Shown in pieces: positions 19,138 to 28,545 of a stretch of DNA of 54,375 nt; position 1 is the first letter of the stretch, and every line of letters starts with the position of its first letter. The notes under the pieces are model-generated. The model had not been told where the DNA came from. It worked only from the letters and a program-made list of their open reading frames with translations, and ran no database searches. A program made the translations under genes and the position numbers. This DNA is from Leptospiraceae bacterium (GTDB lineage Bacteria > Spirochaetota > Leptospiria > Leptospirales > Leptospiraceae), in assembly GCA_020440835.1 (NCBI GenBank), contig JAGRNI010000035.1, positions 1-54,375 of the forward strand. The letters are read 5' to 3'.

Positions 19138-19217
19138 GCACCCTTCGACTACGCTCAGGGAACACTCTTCGACACGATGAGGGAGCATTTCGGACATTGA
19201 GCATAGTCGAAATGTCC
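19138..19217. repeat. REP-like palindromic element, copy 2 (with a partial internal duplication)
   Basis: CCCTTCGACTACGCTCAGGGAAC...TTCGGACATTGAGCATAGTCGAAATGTCC. Long-range complement TCGACTACG/CATAGTCGA. Stem GGACAT/ATGTCC. Lies immediately 3' of the MVP-like gene stop. Confidence 0.5.
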
Positions 19218-19218
19218 A

Positions 19219-21717
19219 TCAATCCTTTTTCTTTTGGATAATTTTTCCGACTGTATCACTTCCAATGTTAAGGAAAACACCTTCTAGTTTGGTCCCTTTT
19301 AAGAGCTTGGCAAAAACATCTGCAACGGATTCTCCTCCCAAAATAGACAAGGGTGCCATAGAAGATGCCACTTTTTGCAGAAGTTCTTTGTCAGAGAATG
19401 CTTGCAGAGCTGCAATCAAATCCGGTGAAATAGCCTTTGCCTTTTCAACAACAGCCTTCAACTCGGTTTCGATCTCTTTTGCATAAAGTTCATATTCTTT
19501 TTCTTTGAAATAGTATTCTTGCTCATTGGAACGTTTTTCCCTTTGAAGCGTTAACTCGTTAATTTTTCCAAGCAGTTCTTCCTCTTTGAACTCTCCGTCT
19601 AGTTTCAGTTCTTTTGTCTTTCTTTCGGAATCAATTTTGGCAATTTCCAATTCTACCTTTTTCTCCAGTTCTTCTTTTTCATAACCAAAGATGGATTTAT
19701 TGGTTTCATACTGGGCTTCGGCGGTTTGCTGCTTGATAGATTCTAAGAATTTTGTAATTTCTAATTTGGATTTTTCTTTCATTAAAATGGCAGACTCTTG
19801 GATCAAAGACTGTTGAGCTTCCATTAGCAATTGAGCAATTTTTGTATCTTTAATGGCTACGTTCACAACTTCCACATCATAAACAAACATATTGTTTTCT
19901 CCAAACATATACCCTGTTTTCAAGTCTTCGCCCAAAATGGTTTTTCGAATAATGTCAAAAGAATTCAGATAAAAATCATTGATCGTATAGGTTTTTACAA
20001 CCGAACTTAAAATAGAACGAAACCTATCCGTTAAGAATTTTACATAGTTTTCTACATTAAACCATTTGGAAGAGTCATCTTGGAAGTTCAAACGGTAGGA
20101 TACTTTTAGTTCTAATGTAACGAAATCTTTTGTTTCCACATCAAGAGTATCAGACACTTTATTGTTCAAAACTCTCAAATAAACGTCATGGAACAGTTTG
20201 GTATCCGTTTTAGGATTCCCACAGGATAGAGAAAATACTTGTAATTCCTCATCGTACTCGAGCAAATACGTTCTGGGTCCGGAAATTACCTTACGTTCTC
20301 CCGTCTTTCCCACAACCATAATGGCATATCCCGTCCAAACATTAACAGCAACAGCTCCTTCATACTTAGTGTCCAGTGTAATGGTTCTTGGCGGAGTGTA
20401 TAGAGACCTTCTATCAAAAGAATCTGCGGAAAAAGCGTTTCCGGTTTCCTCGTCCCAAGAGTCCGTAAATGGTTCTTCAAAATCTTGTGCAGGTAGAGCC
20501 ATTTGAGGAGATGCCGGTCTCTCCTTTAACTTTTTTAATTCCTTTTTTAATTCTTCGTTCACTTCCTGGGCTTTCTGATTGCCGGGAAACCAAAGGGAAA
20601 CCTGTCTTTTTTCTAATATTCTTTTTACGATAACTTCTTTTCTGGGGTCGGGTAAAAACATATCGGGACCTTTCTGCAAAAATACATCTCCCGTCAATCT
20701 ATTCATAACGTACCTTGCTTCTCCTTCCGGAATAGCAACGGCGTAGTGAAGTTCGTTATCTCCGTATTTGATAACAGCGTGTTCTTTGCGAGGAAAATAG
20801 ATCATCATGTCTTTCCCCGTAAGGAATAGCTCTTCGCCCTCTTTGTAGTCTTTTCCATTTTCCGAATAAGGTGCAATTACCTTAATGTATATTCCTTTAA
20901 TCTCGCTAAGTTCAATCGCCTTGAATTTTCGCTTGCCTTCCACTTCTATAAAGGATTCGGTAGGCTCCGGGAACACAACCTCCGGTCCTTTTACATACCT
21001 TTTGTTTCCACTTTCATCCAGCAAGATGCAATATTCCAGTCTCTCTAAGGTTACGGCTTTGCGAATGTATTCCCCTTTCTCACCTTTGACAACTTCAATT
21101 CCTGTTGGAGGAATATAAAAAGATATGTTTGTTCCTTTGATTACGAGCTGTTTTCCCAAAGAAAGTTTACTCACGTCAATACTCTGAGTTTCCGTTGTAC
21201 CGGCGGTCTGGCTTTTGATTACGGCTTTTTCCCAGTTTTCTTGAGCTGCCTTTTCGTCGTAAACTCGAACCACAAGATATTGATTAGACCTCAGGTAATG
21301 TCCTTTGATAACATTTACCATCTGCCCGGGCCACAGAGGAAAAGAAACCGGACCGGGTATGCTTACCTTATGACCAACGTTTAATTCAACCATGTTGCTG
21401 ACAGTTCCCGTTTTGGGAGAAGAGTTGTCTTTAGCCGGATTTTTTAGTGTAAGATACCAGCCTTCCGGAGAGATGGCAAAAGTCTGAATGGATTGTTCCA
21501 GTGTACACTTCTCAAACCTCTTGCTATCTTGTCGAAATAAAATGGGTTGATCTGTGTTGGACAAACTCGCTTTGTAAGGACCAACATACACATTGATATT
21601 CCCTTTGGTCTGGTCGGATATAAATGCAAATTCATTAGGGGACAAAATAAGGTCTCTTTCTCTTCTTTCTTCAGGCATTTCTTTTTCCTTGTTCAAATTT
21701 TGGTTCATTCTTTTCAA
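19219..21717 (-). CDS. Major vault protein (MVP) homologue: MVP-type N-terminal repeat, shoulder domain and C-terminal coiled-coil cap-helix region
   Basis: N-terminal LSPNEFAFISDQTKGNINVYVGPYKASLSNTDQPILF parallels vertebrate MVP [38 protein letters not shown]. ..LKVSYRLNFQD..WFNVENYVKFLTDRFRSILSSVVKTYTINDFYLNSFDIIRKTILG parallels the MVP shoulder ..[56 protein letters not shown]. A long E/K-rich coiled coil follows, and the tail ..LIAALQAFSDKELLQKV..ADVFAKLLKG resembles the MVP C-terminus. Confidence 0.7.
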   Translation of the reverse strand: MKRMNQNLNKEKEMPEERRERDLILSPNEFAFISDQTKGNINVYVGPYKASLSNTDQPILFRQDSKRFEKCTLEQSIQTFAISPEGWYLTLKNPAKDNSSPKTGTVSNMVELNVGHKVSIPGPVSFPLWPGQMVNVIKGHYLRSNQYLVVRVYDEKAAQENWEKAVIKSQTAGTTETQSIDVSKLSLGKQLVIKGTNISFYIPPTGIEVVKGEKGEYIRKAVTLERLEYCILLDESGNKRYVKGPEVVFPEPTESFIEVEGKRKFKAIELSEIKGIYIKVIAPYSENGKDYKEGEELFLTGKDMMIYFPRKEHAVIKYGDNELHYAVAIPEGEARYVMNRLTGDVFLQKGPDMFLPDPRKEVIVKRILEKRQVSLWFPGNQKAQEVNEELKKELKKLKERPASPQMALPAQDFEEPFTDSWDEETGNAFSADSFDRRSLYTPPRTITLDTKYEGAVAVNVWTGYAIMVVGKTGERKVISGPRTYLLEYDEELQVFSLSCGNPKTDTKLFHDVYLRVLNNKVSDTLDVETKDFVTLELKVSYRLNFQDDSSKWFNVENYVKFLTDRFRSILSSVVKTYTINDFYLNSFDIIRKTILGEDLKTGYMFGENNMFVYDVEVVNVAIKDTKIAQLLMEAQQSLIQESAILMKEKSKLEITKFLESIKQQTAEAQYETNKSIFGYEKEELEKKVELEIAKIDSERKTKELKLDGEFKEEELLGKINELTLQREKRSNEQEYYFKEKEYELYAKEIETELKAVVEKAKAISPDLIAALQAFSDKELLQKVASSMAPLSILGGESVADVFAKLLKGTKLEGVFLNIGSDTVGKIIQKKKD

Positions 21718-21865
21718 TTTTTTTACGGTAATTCTTAACTTTGGGTAACAAGATATTCTTATAAACCATGACTCATTTTATGTCAAATGTCTTTAGAAAA
21801 TAATTTGTAAATATTTCAAAAAATATCTTGCAAGCATATTATCCGGTTATAATAAATGTAACTTT

Positions 21866-22801
21866 ATGCAAGATATAAAAAGCTATATAAAGAGATATTA
21901 TAAAGAAGAGTTTTCTCTGGGACACTTTTTAACAACAGGTTTTTTCTTGATTTTTTTAGTAATTTTCAACTATAGTTTTCAATTCGAAGAAGTATTTGTA
22001 AGGCATCCTAATCGAGTTTACCAAGTACTCCGATATTTTGTTTTTTACGGAATTCCTTTTTGTATTTCAATCTTTAGCTATAGCTATTTCCATAAGAATA
22101 CATCTTTTTTTAAAAAATACTCTTTCTGGTCATTATGTATTTTTATGCTCTTAATTTTAAGTTTACCCAAATCTTGTCATTTCCGTTTGGAAACCGTTTT
22201 AAACTTTGTACCTCTGAAATTGTCTCTCTTTTTTTTTAAGTTATCCGATTCTATTAGTCTATTCTTCCTTTGGTTTTGTATACCAGCTATTTATTGGTTT
22301 TTTGTAGACAGAACAAATGTAAAACTATACGGATTTTCTATAAAAAATTTTCAACCCTATCCATATTTACTTTTCGTATTGTTGGCAACTCCTTTTATTT
22401 TTGGTGTGTCTTTTTTGGACGATTTTTCACGTAGCTATCCCATCTATCGAACCCAATACGCAGCCCAGTATCTGCAAGTATCTCCTGTTGTCCCCGTATT
22501 GGCTTTTGAACTTTCTTATGGGTTAGCTTTTGTCGCTACCGAATTTTTCTTTCGAGGCTTTTTGTTGTTTACGTTTGAAAAACATTTGGGCAAAGGAATC
22601 CTTTTGCCAATGGTAGTTTTGTATTGTTTGATCCATTTCCAAAAGCCTCTATTAGAAGCAATAACGTCCGTTTTTGGTGGTCTCTTGCTAGGAATCATAG
22701 CTTTGTATTCAAGGAGTATCTACGGTGGCATTATAGCTCACATAGGGCTCGCTTGGACGATGGATTTAGCCGGATATTATCAATTACGAACTTTGCCCTA
22801 A
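21866..22801 (+). CDS. Polytopic membrane protein, probable CPBP (CAAX-protease/Abi) family
   Basis: At least 6 TM helices. Degenerate motif 1 ATEFFFRGFLL, then ..LIHFQ.. and ..IAHIGLAWTMD resembling CPBP motifs 2 and 3. Confidence 0.5.
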   Translation: MQDIKSYIKRYYKEEFSLGHFLTTGFFLIFLVIFNYSFQFEEVFVRHPNRVYQVLRYFVFYGIPFCISIFSYSYFHKNTSFFKKYSFWSLCIFMLLILSLPKSCHFRLETVLNFVPLKLSLFFFKLSDSISLFFLWFCIPAIYWFFVDRTNVKLYGFSIKNFQPYPYLLFVLLATPFIFGVSFLDDFSRSYPIYRTQYAAQYLQVSPVVPVLAFELSYGLAFVATEFFFRGFLLFTFEKHLGKGILLPMVVLYCLIHFQKPLLEAITSVFGGLLLGIIALYSRSIYGGIIAHIGLAWTMDLAGYYQLRTLP

Positions 22802-23931
22802 ATTTTGCCTCTGATGTCAAAGAGGAAGGCCAGTTTCCAAATAAGAAGTGGTAGGATAATATTGACTACAAACGTAACTATCCAGCTTAAATAAAAACCT
22901 CCCAAGTAGTAAGGGTCTATCCTATGCATAAGGTGAATGACAATCGGATGGAGTAAAAATAGAGCAAGACTATTTTCTCCGATATAGGCAAATCCAGAAT
23001 ATACCCTTTTTAAATTTTTGGATTCTGCTGATTCTAACCTTATACCAATGTAGGTTAAAGCGATAAAACAGGCTATCGGATAAAACAGAAAGTGATTCGA
23101 AATTTCAACTCTAATTGCGATAGTATAATAGGCAACTGCACTAAGGTAGAGAAAAATGGTAAACAGAAACAAAGGAAAGTAAAATCTGTTTGCTTTTATA
23201 CTTTCTATAAATACGTCCTTGTCTGTTAGGATTTTTTTAGCACTAAACCCAGCAACAAAGAAAAAGAAATAATTAGTAAAACTAATCGTTTCAGATTCTC
23301 CTAAAATGGGCAAGGTTCTTGGATAAAAATGATTGGACGCAAAATTAATTAGCAAAGAGCCAATTAAAACGAAGTAAAAAGTTCCCCTACTCCAGGTTTG
23401 GATAGAGCGAAAGAAAAGCGCATAAACTAAATAGAACCCAAAAAGGAGAGGGACGTAATAATATGGCTGAAAGACTGTCCCCAAAATTAGTTTGGGAACT
23501 ATCTCTGTTAGAAAAGTTTCCGGAGGATACTTTGTAAAAAAACCTATGCAAGCAATTACAAGGTAAGGAATGAGTAGGTGTTTAACCTTTGAAGTCCAAA
23601 ATGTAGAAGTTCCTTTCCAAGAAAGAAAAAATCCTGAAGAGAATACAAATGCGGGAACACAAAATCTAGAAAAATTTGCCAACAACCTGGAAATAACTAG
23701 TTCCGGGTCTTTGGAATGGAAAAATGCAAAATAGGAATCTATGTGAATTACTACAATTGCACTCATAGCGATTCCTCTCACAAAATCTACGACTTGACTC
23801 CTTTCTCCTTTTTTTACCCTTCGTTCGGTAGGAAAAGTAAAAAATTGCCTAAATGACTGAAAACTTATGACCAGTAATAATAGAAGAATCAGTCCGAAAA
23901 GCTCGATATACAAATTAGTTTTTTCTATCAT
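22798..23931 (-). CDS. Acyltransferase family 3 (OafA/YrhL-like) integral membrane acyltransferase
   Basis: N-terminal VDFVRGIAMSAIVVIH signature followed by about 10 TM helices. Confidence 0.7.
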   Translation of the reverse strand: MIEKTNLYIELFGLILLLLLVISFQSFRQFFTFPTERRVKKGERSQVVDFVRGIAMSAIVVIHIDSYFAFFHSKDPELVISRLLANFSRFCVPAFVFSSGFFLSWKGTSTFWTSKVKHLLIPYLVIACIGFFTKYPPETFLTEIVPKLILGTVFQPYYYVPLLFGFYLVYALFFRSIQTWSRGTFYFVLIGSLLINFASNHFYPRTLPILGESETISFTNYFFFFVAGFSAKKILTDKDVFIESIKANRFYFPLFLFTIFLYLSAVAYYTIAIRVEISNHFLFYPIACFIALTYIGIRLESAESKNLKRVYSGFAYIGENSLALFLLHPIVIHLMHRIDPYYLGGFYLSWIVTFVVNIILPLLIWKLAFLFDIRGKI

Positions 23932-23940
23932 ATTTATTTA

Positions 23941-24708
23941 TTAAAACTTCCACCTGCTATTATGCTGTATAATCTTTATGTAAGGATTTTTTTCTTTAAA
24001 GGTCTCTATCTGTTTTTGAGGTATCTTCAAATTATCAATATCCACATACACCAAATACTTTAGGTCATAAAGAGGTGAAACATCAGAAACTTTAGTATTT
24101 CCCAATTGTATATCAATCAACTGTGTGGAATTTTCAATAGGTTTTATGTTAGAAACCGCCGTATTGCGTATATCCAAGTGCCTAAGCCATGGAAAATGAC
24201 GAACAAAATCTACGGAAGTAACCTTTGTACTGCTTAATCCGAGCTTAGATATGTTTTTTAAGTTTGGAATGGAATCAAGGCTAACAACCTGCGTATAGTT
24301 TAAAAAAAGCGTATGCAAGTTTTTATTTTTATTCAAAGGAGCTAAGTCAGACACAGAAGTATGATTGACGTTTAAAAATCTCAATTTGCCAAATTGAGAA
24401 ATCGGACTCAAATCGGAAAGTGTCCTACAAGAAATTTCTAAAGACTCCATATTGGGAAACTGTTTTAATTGCTGCAAGTCGATACAAACCTTATCATCAA
24501 AACCAATCCACTTAGTGTTGGGATGAAAAGTAAAGGTTTTCCCGTCCGTCGCTTTTACGGGAAGAAATTCAGGGCTAGTGGGAAACTTTGCGATCAAACA
24601 GTTAAACAAGAAGACTAAAGGTAATCCCACCAACAATAATAAAGTTTTTGATATTTTAAGAGTAAGCATCATGGTGAACCTGTCGAACCATGTCAAGGTT
24701 TTATCCAT
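23941..24708 (-). CDS. Leucine-rich repeat protein (secreted or membrane-anchored)
   Basis: N-terminal hydrophobic anchor. About 7 tandem 22-residue LRRs (L..L.L..T.V.DLSPL). Confidence 0.8.
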   Translation of the reverse strand: MDKTLTWFDRFTMMLTLKISKTLLLLVGLPLVFLFNCLIAKFPTSPEFLPVKATDGKTFTFHPNTKWIGFDDKVCIDLQQLKQFPNMESLEISCRTLSDLSPISQFGKLRFLNVNHTSVSDLAPLNKNKNLHTLFLNYTQVVSLDSIPNLKNISKLGLSSTKVTSVDFVRHFPWLRHLDIRNTAVSNIKPIENSTQLIDIQLGNTKVSDVSPLYDLKYLVYVDIDNLKIPQKQIETFKEKNPYIKIIQHNSRWKF

Positions 24709-26408
24709 ATTTCCACCACATCCTTTAATTTTTGTAAATCAAACGGTTTAAACAGATAAGCATCCATTTCCGATTCTACAAACGCCTTTTTGTTGGTTTC
24801 CAAGATATCCGCAGTCATGGCTATAATGGGAATATGTCCTAAAAAGGATGCCTTTTTAACTTTCCTTTCATTTTGCCGAATATGCTTTGCCGTTGTGTAT
24901 CCATCCATTTCAGGCATTTGCAAGTCCAAAAAAATGAGATCGTACTTTTGTTTTTGATAAAAACCTAACGCTTCCTTTCCGCTATTGGCAATATCCACTG
25001 ATATTCCAATATGCTCCAACATCTTTTGTGCTATAATTTGGTTTACAATATTGTCATCTGCCACCAAAACCCTTACTTCCCTTCCTGCCTTCTGTCCATA
25101 ATTAATTTCTTTTTGGTCATTGCTCAATCGAATGTCTGAGTCAATCTTAGCCTTTTTATCCAATTTCAGTGTAAACCAAAATTCAGTTCCCGGTCTACCG
25201 GTTTCATTTTTGAACATAATGGCAGGGCTAAAAAATCCTATTTCTCCTCCCATTTGCTCTACAAGTTGCTTGGAAATAGTAGTCCCTAATCCCGTTCCAC
25301 CAAACTTCTTTTGGATTGAATCATCCAATTGCCTAAAGCTTAAAAAAACGTCTTTATGTTTGTCTTTGGGGATTCCTATTCCGGAATCAACAATTGTAAA
25401 TTTAAGCAAGTAAAAGTCGTCTTGCTCTAAACGGGCATTATTTTCTATTACGCAAATAATCCACACACCACCAGACTCTGTAAATTTAATAGCATTACCC
25501 AATAAATTATTTACTACCTGTTGTATACGCAAAGAATCTCCCATAACTTTATACTCAAAATTCGGAATTTGGACATCAAACCGAATATTTTTATTTTTCG
25601 CCAGAATCTCGAACGGCTGAATTGTGGATTGCAAAGCCAAATCCAAATCAAACTCTGCATATTCAAAGCTTAGCTTACCCATTTCAATTTTTGTAAGGTC
25701 TAAGATATCATTTAAGAGTTTTAAGAGTATGGAACCGGTAGATTTTAAAATACTTACGTATCTGGTTTGTTCTTCATTCAAACTTGTTGATAAAAGCAAA
25801 TCCGTAATACCCAAAATGCCATGCATAGGAGTTCGTATGTCATGACTCATATTTGCTAAAAACTGCGATTTGTAATGATTTGCCTGTTCGGCAGACTCTT
25901 TCGCCTTTTTTAACTCCGTTTCAAATTCCTTTCTTTTTGTGATGTCTGTAGCAGCAAAAACGACCATAGCTCGACTATCCAAAACAGTACTTTTTAATAC
26001 AGATGTCCGACCTTCAAACCATTTTACTCCAGATAGTATAGGAATTTGGTATTCTATAATTTGCTTTTTCCCAGTTTGAATCGTTTTATGAATCGTTTCC
26101 AAAAACAGAATAGCCTTATTTTTAGGCACAACATCTGACAACAATTTCCCTCTGAGGTCACTCAGATACTTATAGTGTTGTGTTTCTTCATTTGTAAAAA
26201 TGTCTATATATCTACCGTTTTCATCAAAAATAAATATTATATCAGGTAGAGCGCTGATAAAAGCGTAAAATTTCTCTTCGTTTTCCCTCAGATGCTCGAT
26301 TTTGTTGTTTAATTTTTCTTCAATTTTCCGAATAAATCGACATATATCATCAAATCCTTTCCCATTTCGACAATACGCTTTTAAAACCTGAATTTCTTCC
26401 TCTGTCAT
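24693..26408 (-). CDS. Hybrid sensor histidine kinase/response regulator (PAS, HisKA, HATPase_c, REC)
   Basis: H-box MSHDIRTPMHGILG. G-boxes DSGIGI / GGTGLG. C-terminal receiver VLVADDN...FLDLQMPEMDG. Overlaps the LRR gene start by 16 nt. Confidence 0.85.
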   Translation of the reverse strand: MTEEEIQVLKAYCRNGKGFDDICRFIRKIEEKLNNKIEHLRENEEKFYAFISALPDIIFIFDENGRYIDIFTNEETQHYKYLSDLRGKLLSDVVPKNKAILFLETIHKTIQTGKKQIIEYQIPILSGVKWFEGRTSVLKSTVLDSRAMVVFAATDITKRKEFETELKKAKESAEQANHYKSQFLANMSHDIRTPMHGILGITDLLLSTSLNEEQTRYVSILKSTGSILLKLLNDILDLTKIEMGKLSFEYAEFDLDLALQSTIQPFEILAKNKNIRFDVQIPNFEYKVMGDSLRIQQVVNNLLGNAIKFTESGGVWIICVIENNARLEQDDFYLLKFTIVDSGIGIPKDKHKDVFLSFRQLDDSIQKKFGGTGLGTTISKQLVEQMGGEIGFFSPAIMFKNETGRPGTEFWFTLKLDKKAKIDSDIRLSNDQKEINYGQKAGREVRVLVADDNIVNQIIAQKMLEHIGISVDIANSGKEALGFYQKQKYDLIFLDLQMPEMDGYTTAKHIRQNERKVKKASFLGHIPIIAMTADILETNKKAFVESEMDAYLFKPFDLQKLKDVVEIWIKP

Positions 26409-26534
26409 TTTGCATTAACCAAATCTAATAATAAAATATACTTTTTGTAAGTGGTCAATTAAATTTTTTCAATAACTTGACAAAATATACTATAACAAAC
26501 TTGGTTTTAGAATCAAAGAAAAATTTTTAATCCC

Positions 26535-26906
26535 ATGGATAATATGAAAGTATTTTTACTTGTATTTTTAGGTAGCGGAATAGGAGGAACTCTGCGTTTT
26601 AGTATATCCCGAATCGCAGCAAAGTTCTACCCTACTTTTCCATTTGGAACTCTGGTCTCAAATCTGCTTGGAATGTTTTTGATCGGTCTTTTTACACTTT
26701 GGTTTATTGACAAAAACATGCTTGTATCTCCCTATCGCGAAATGGTTCTAGTCGGTTTTTTAGGTGGTCTTACAACTTTTAGCAGTTTTGGTTTTGAAAC
26801 CTATACCTTATTTGTCCAAAATCGAATGTTAGATTTATCTTTTTATTTGTTAGGGAATATAGTAATAGGTTTCGCTTTATTATTGCTTGGAAGATACCTT
26901 GGATAA
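26535..26906 (+). CDS. crcB: Fluoride ion channel CrcB/Fluc
   Basis: 123 aa, 4 TM helices. GSGIGGTLRF and GFLGGLTTFSSF signature motifs. Confidence 0.85.
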   Translation: MDNMKVFLLVFLGSGIGGTLRFSISRIAAKFYPTFPFGTLVSNLLGMFLIGLFTLWFIDKNMLVSPYREMVLVGFLGGLTTFSSFGFETYTLFVQNRMLDLSFYLLGNIVIGFALLLLGRYLG

Positions 26907-26993
26907 ATATATAAATATAAGGAAAAATGCTTTTCATAATGCTAGCAAAAATTTAATACATTCTCGTAAATACTTATATTTAATAATTTAAAA

Positions 26994-28532
26994 ATGTTAG
27001 AATACTATCGAACGAATCTCAAATTTAAATTTTTAATCCTTAGCCTATTATTTTTTATCATTTTATTTTCTCTTGATTTTTTTCTTTCTCATTTTTTATA
27101 CTTAAAGTTTCCAAATCAACTGGAATGGGACACATCTCCCTGGTATAATTTTTTACACAAAAACTACTCCATACGCTTTAAAAAAAGAGATCCGGATCAT
27201 GATGTAATGAACCAAGGTGTGATTATTGCGGGCAGTTCCGTTGCTCTGTATTCTGCCTTACCCCAGGACATAGAACATGAACTAAATCAAGGGAGGCATC
27301 AATATAAATTAGAGTTTTATTCCCACGTTGCCATGTCTCCCATGGATTTGTACTACTATTTGGACGATGTTATTCAAAAAAAGCCTTCCACTGTTCTGTT
27401 TTTATTTAATCCTGCTGACTTGCAGTTTGACTATATTGCAGAAGCCAAAGAAGGAGAAGGGTTAACCTATACCGAAGAAGATAGAGTCAATTATTACAAA
27501 CAGCGTCATCCGGTAAAAATCTTTTACCCATGGAAATTTTTAAAAGATAACTATAAAAATCTCAACCGACATGACATTGTACAACTATTAACCAAACATA
27601 TTTTGTATATCAACAAATACAGGCTATTTTTTAAGGATCCATTCGAAGCTTATATTGAAAGAAATTATAGAAGTGGAAGGAGCTATCATAACTATACAGG
27701 CATGGTTCCAGACAACGGAATATGGCGAAAAGGTTGGACGGAAGCTCAGTTCAAGATCAATTGTGAAATCAAAAACGGCAAATTTACAGAAAGCATCTTT
27801 ATTCCAGAAGATCATACCGAATTGTATATATATTATCAAGATAGAATATGGAATCGAATGTACTACGCCAAAAGCGGTTGGCACAAACTTAATTTTAAAG
27901 TACCAAAAGAAATTTCCAATCCACAAATCAAGTTTGAGGTAAACCGAACGGTTAGTTCCCAAAAAATAGACCCAAGTCTGTACGGTAAGGAATATTTTTA
28001 CGGGATCCGATTGTCTCAAAACTTTTGCAAGCAAGACATAGAATCTGATATAGCCTATATTCGAAAAGATAGTTTGGATGATAAAAAACTACTTGAAATG
28101 AGTATCCAAGAATATGAAGAAGACTATTTTGCCAGAATGTACAAAGATTCGGATAAAAGACCGGAATTATTTCGATTACTCGATCTTCACAAAAAAAAGG
28201 AAATTTTAGGAAGAACTAAATTTCAAAAATGGCCGGAAATTTATTATCTTGAGAAAATCGCCAAAAAATTAAAAAAAGAAAATATTCGGTTTATTCTTGT
28301 TAACAACCCGGAAAATCCGATTGAACTAAAAAAATACGTAGATACCCAATGGTACAAAGATTTAATTTCTCATTTTGAGAAATTGGAAAAAGAAACTTCT
28401 CTTGTTTTTTATGATCTAAAAGATCATATCAAAGATCCAAGGTATTTTATTGATCCCCACCACCTCACCTACCCCGGTTCTCAAAAGATGACTCCGGTTT
28501 ACAAAAAAATAATTTTAAAAAATTTTCCTTAA
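26994..28532 (+). CDS. N-terminally membrane-anchored hypothetical protein (Leptospira DUF1574-like / possible SGNH-fold)
   Basis: Single N-terminal TM helix followed by a 480-aa hydrophilic domain. No catalytic motifs recognised with confidence. Confidence 0.45.
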   Translation: MLEYYRTNLKFKFLILSLLFFIILFSLDFFLSHFLYLKFPNQLEWDTSPWYNFLHKNYSIRFKKRDPDHDVMNQGVIIAGSSVALYSALPQDIEHELNQGRHQYKLEFYSHVAMSPMDLYYYLDDVIQKKPSTVLFLFNPADLQFDYIAEAKEGEGLTYTEEDRVNYYKQRHPVKIFYPWKFLKDNYKNLNRHDIVQLLTKHILYINKYRLFFKDPFEAYIERNYRSGRSYHNYTGMVPDNGIWRKGWTEAQFKINCEIKNGKFTESIFIPEDHTELYIYYQDRIWNRMYYAKSGWHKLNFKVPKEISNPQIKFEVNRTVSSQKIDPSLYGKEYFYGIRLSQNFCKQDIESDIAYIRKDSLDDKKLLEMSIQEYEEDYFARMYKDSDKRPELFRLLDLHKKKEILGRTKFQKWPEIYYLEKIAKKLKKENIRFILVNNPENPIELKKYVDTQWYKDLISHFEKLEKETSLVFYDLKDHIKDPRYFIDPHHLTYPGSQKMTPVYKKIILKNFP

Positions 28533-28545
28533 TTCAATTCAATTT

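Noticed and set aside
26409-26534. Expected fluoride riboswitch (crcB motif) upstream of crcB
   Set aside because: The 125-bp leader is extremely AT-rich and lacks the conserved GGCGATGG...CCGCC and pseudoknot segments. There is no evidence for the riboswitch here.
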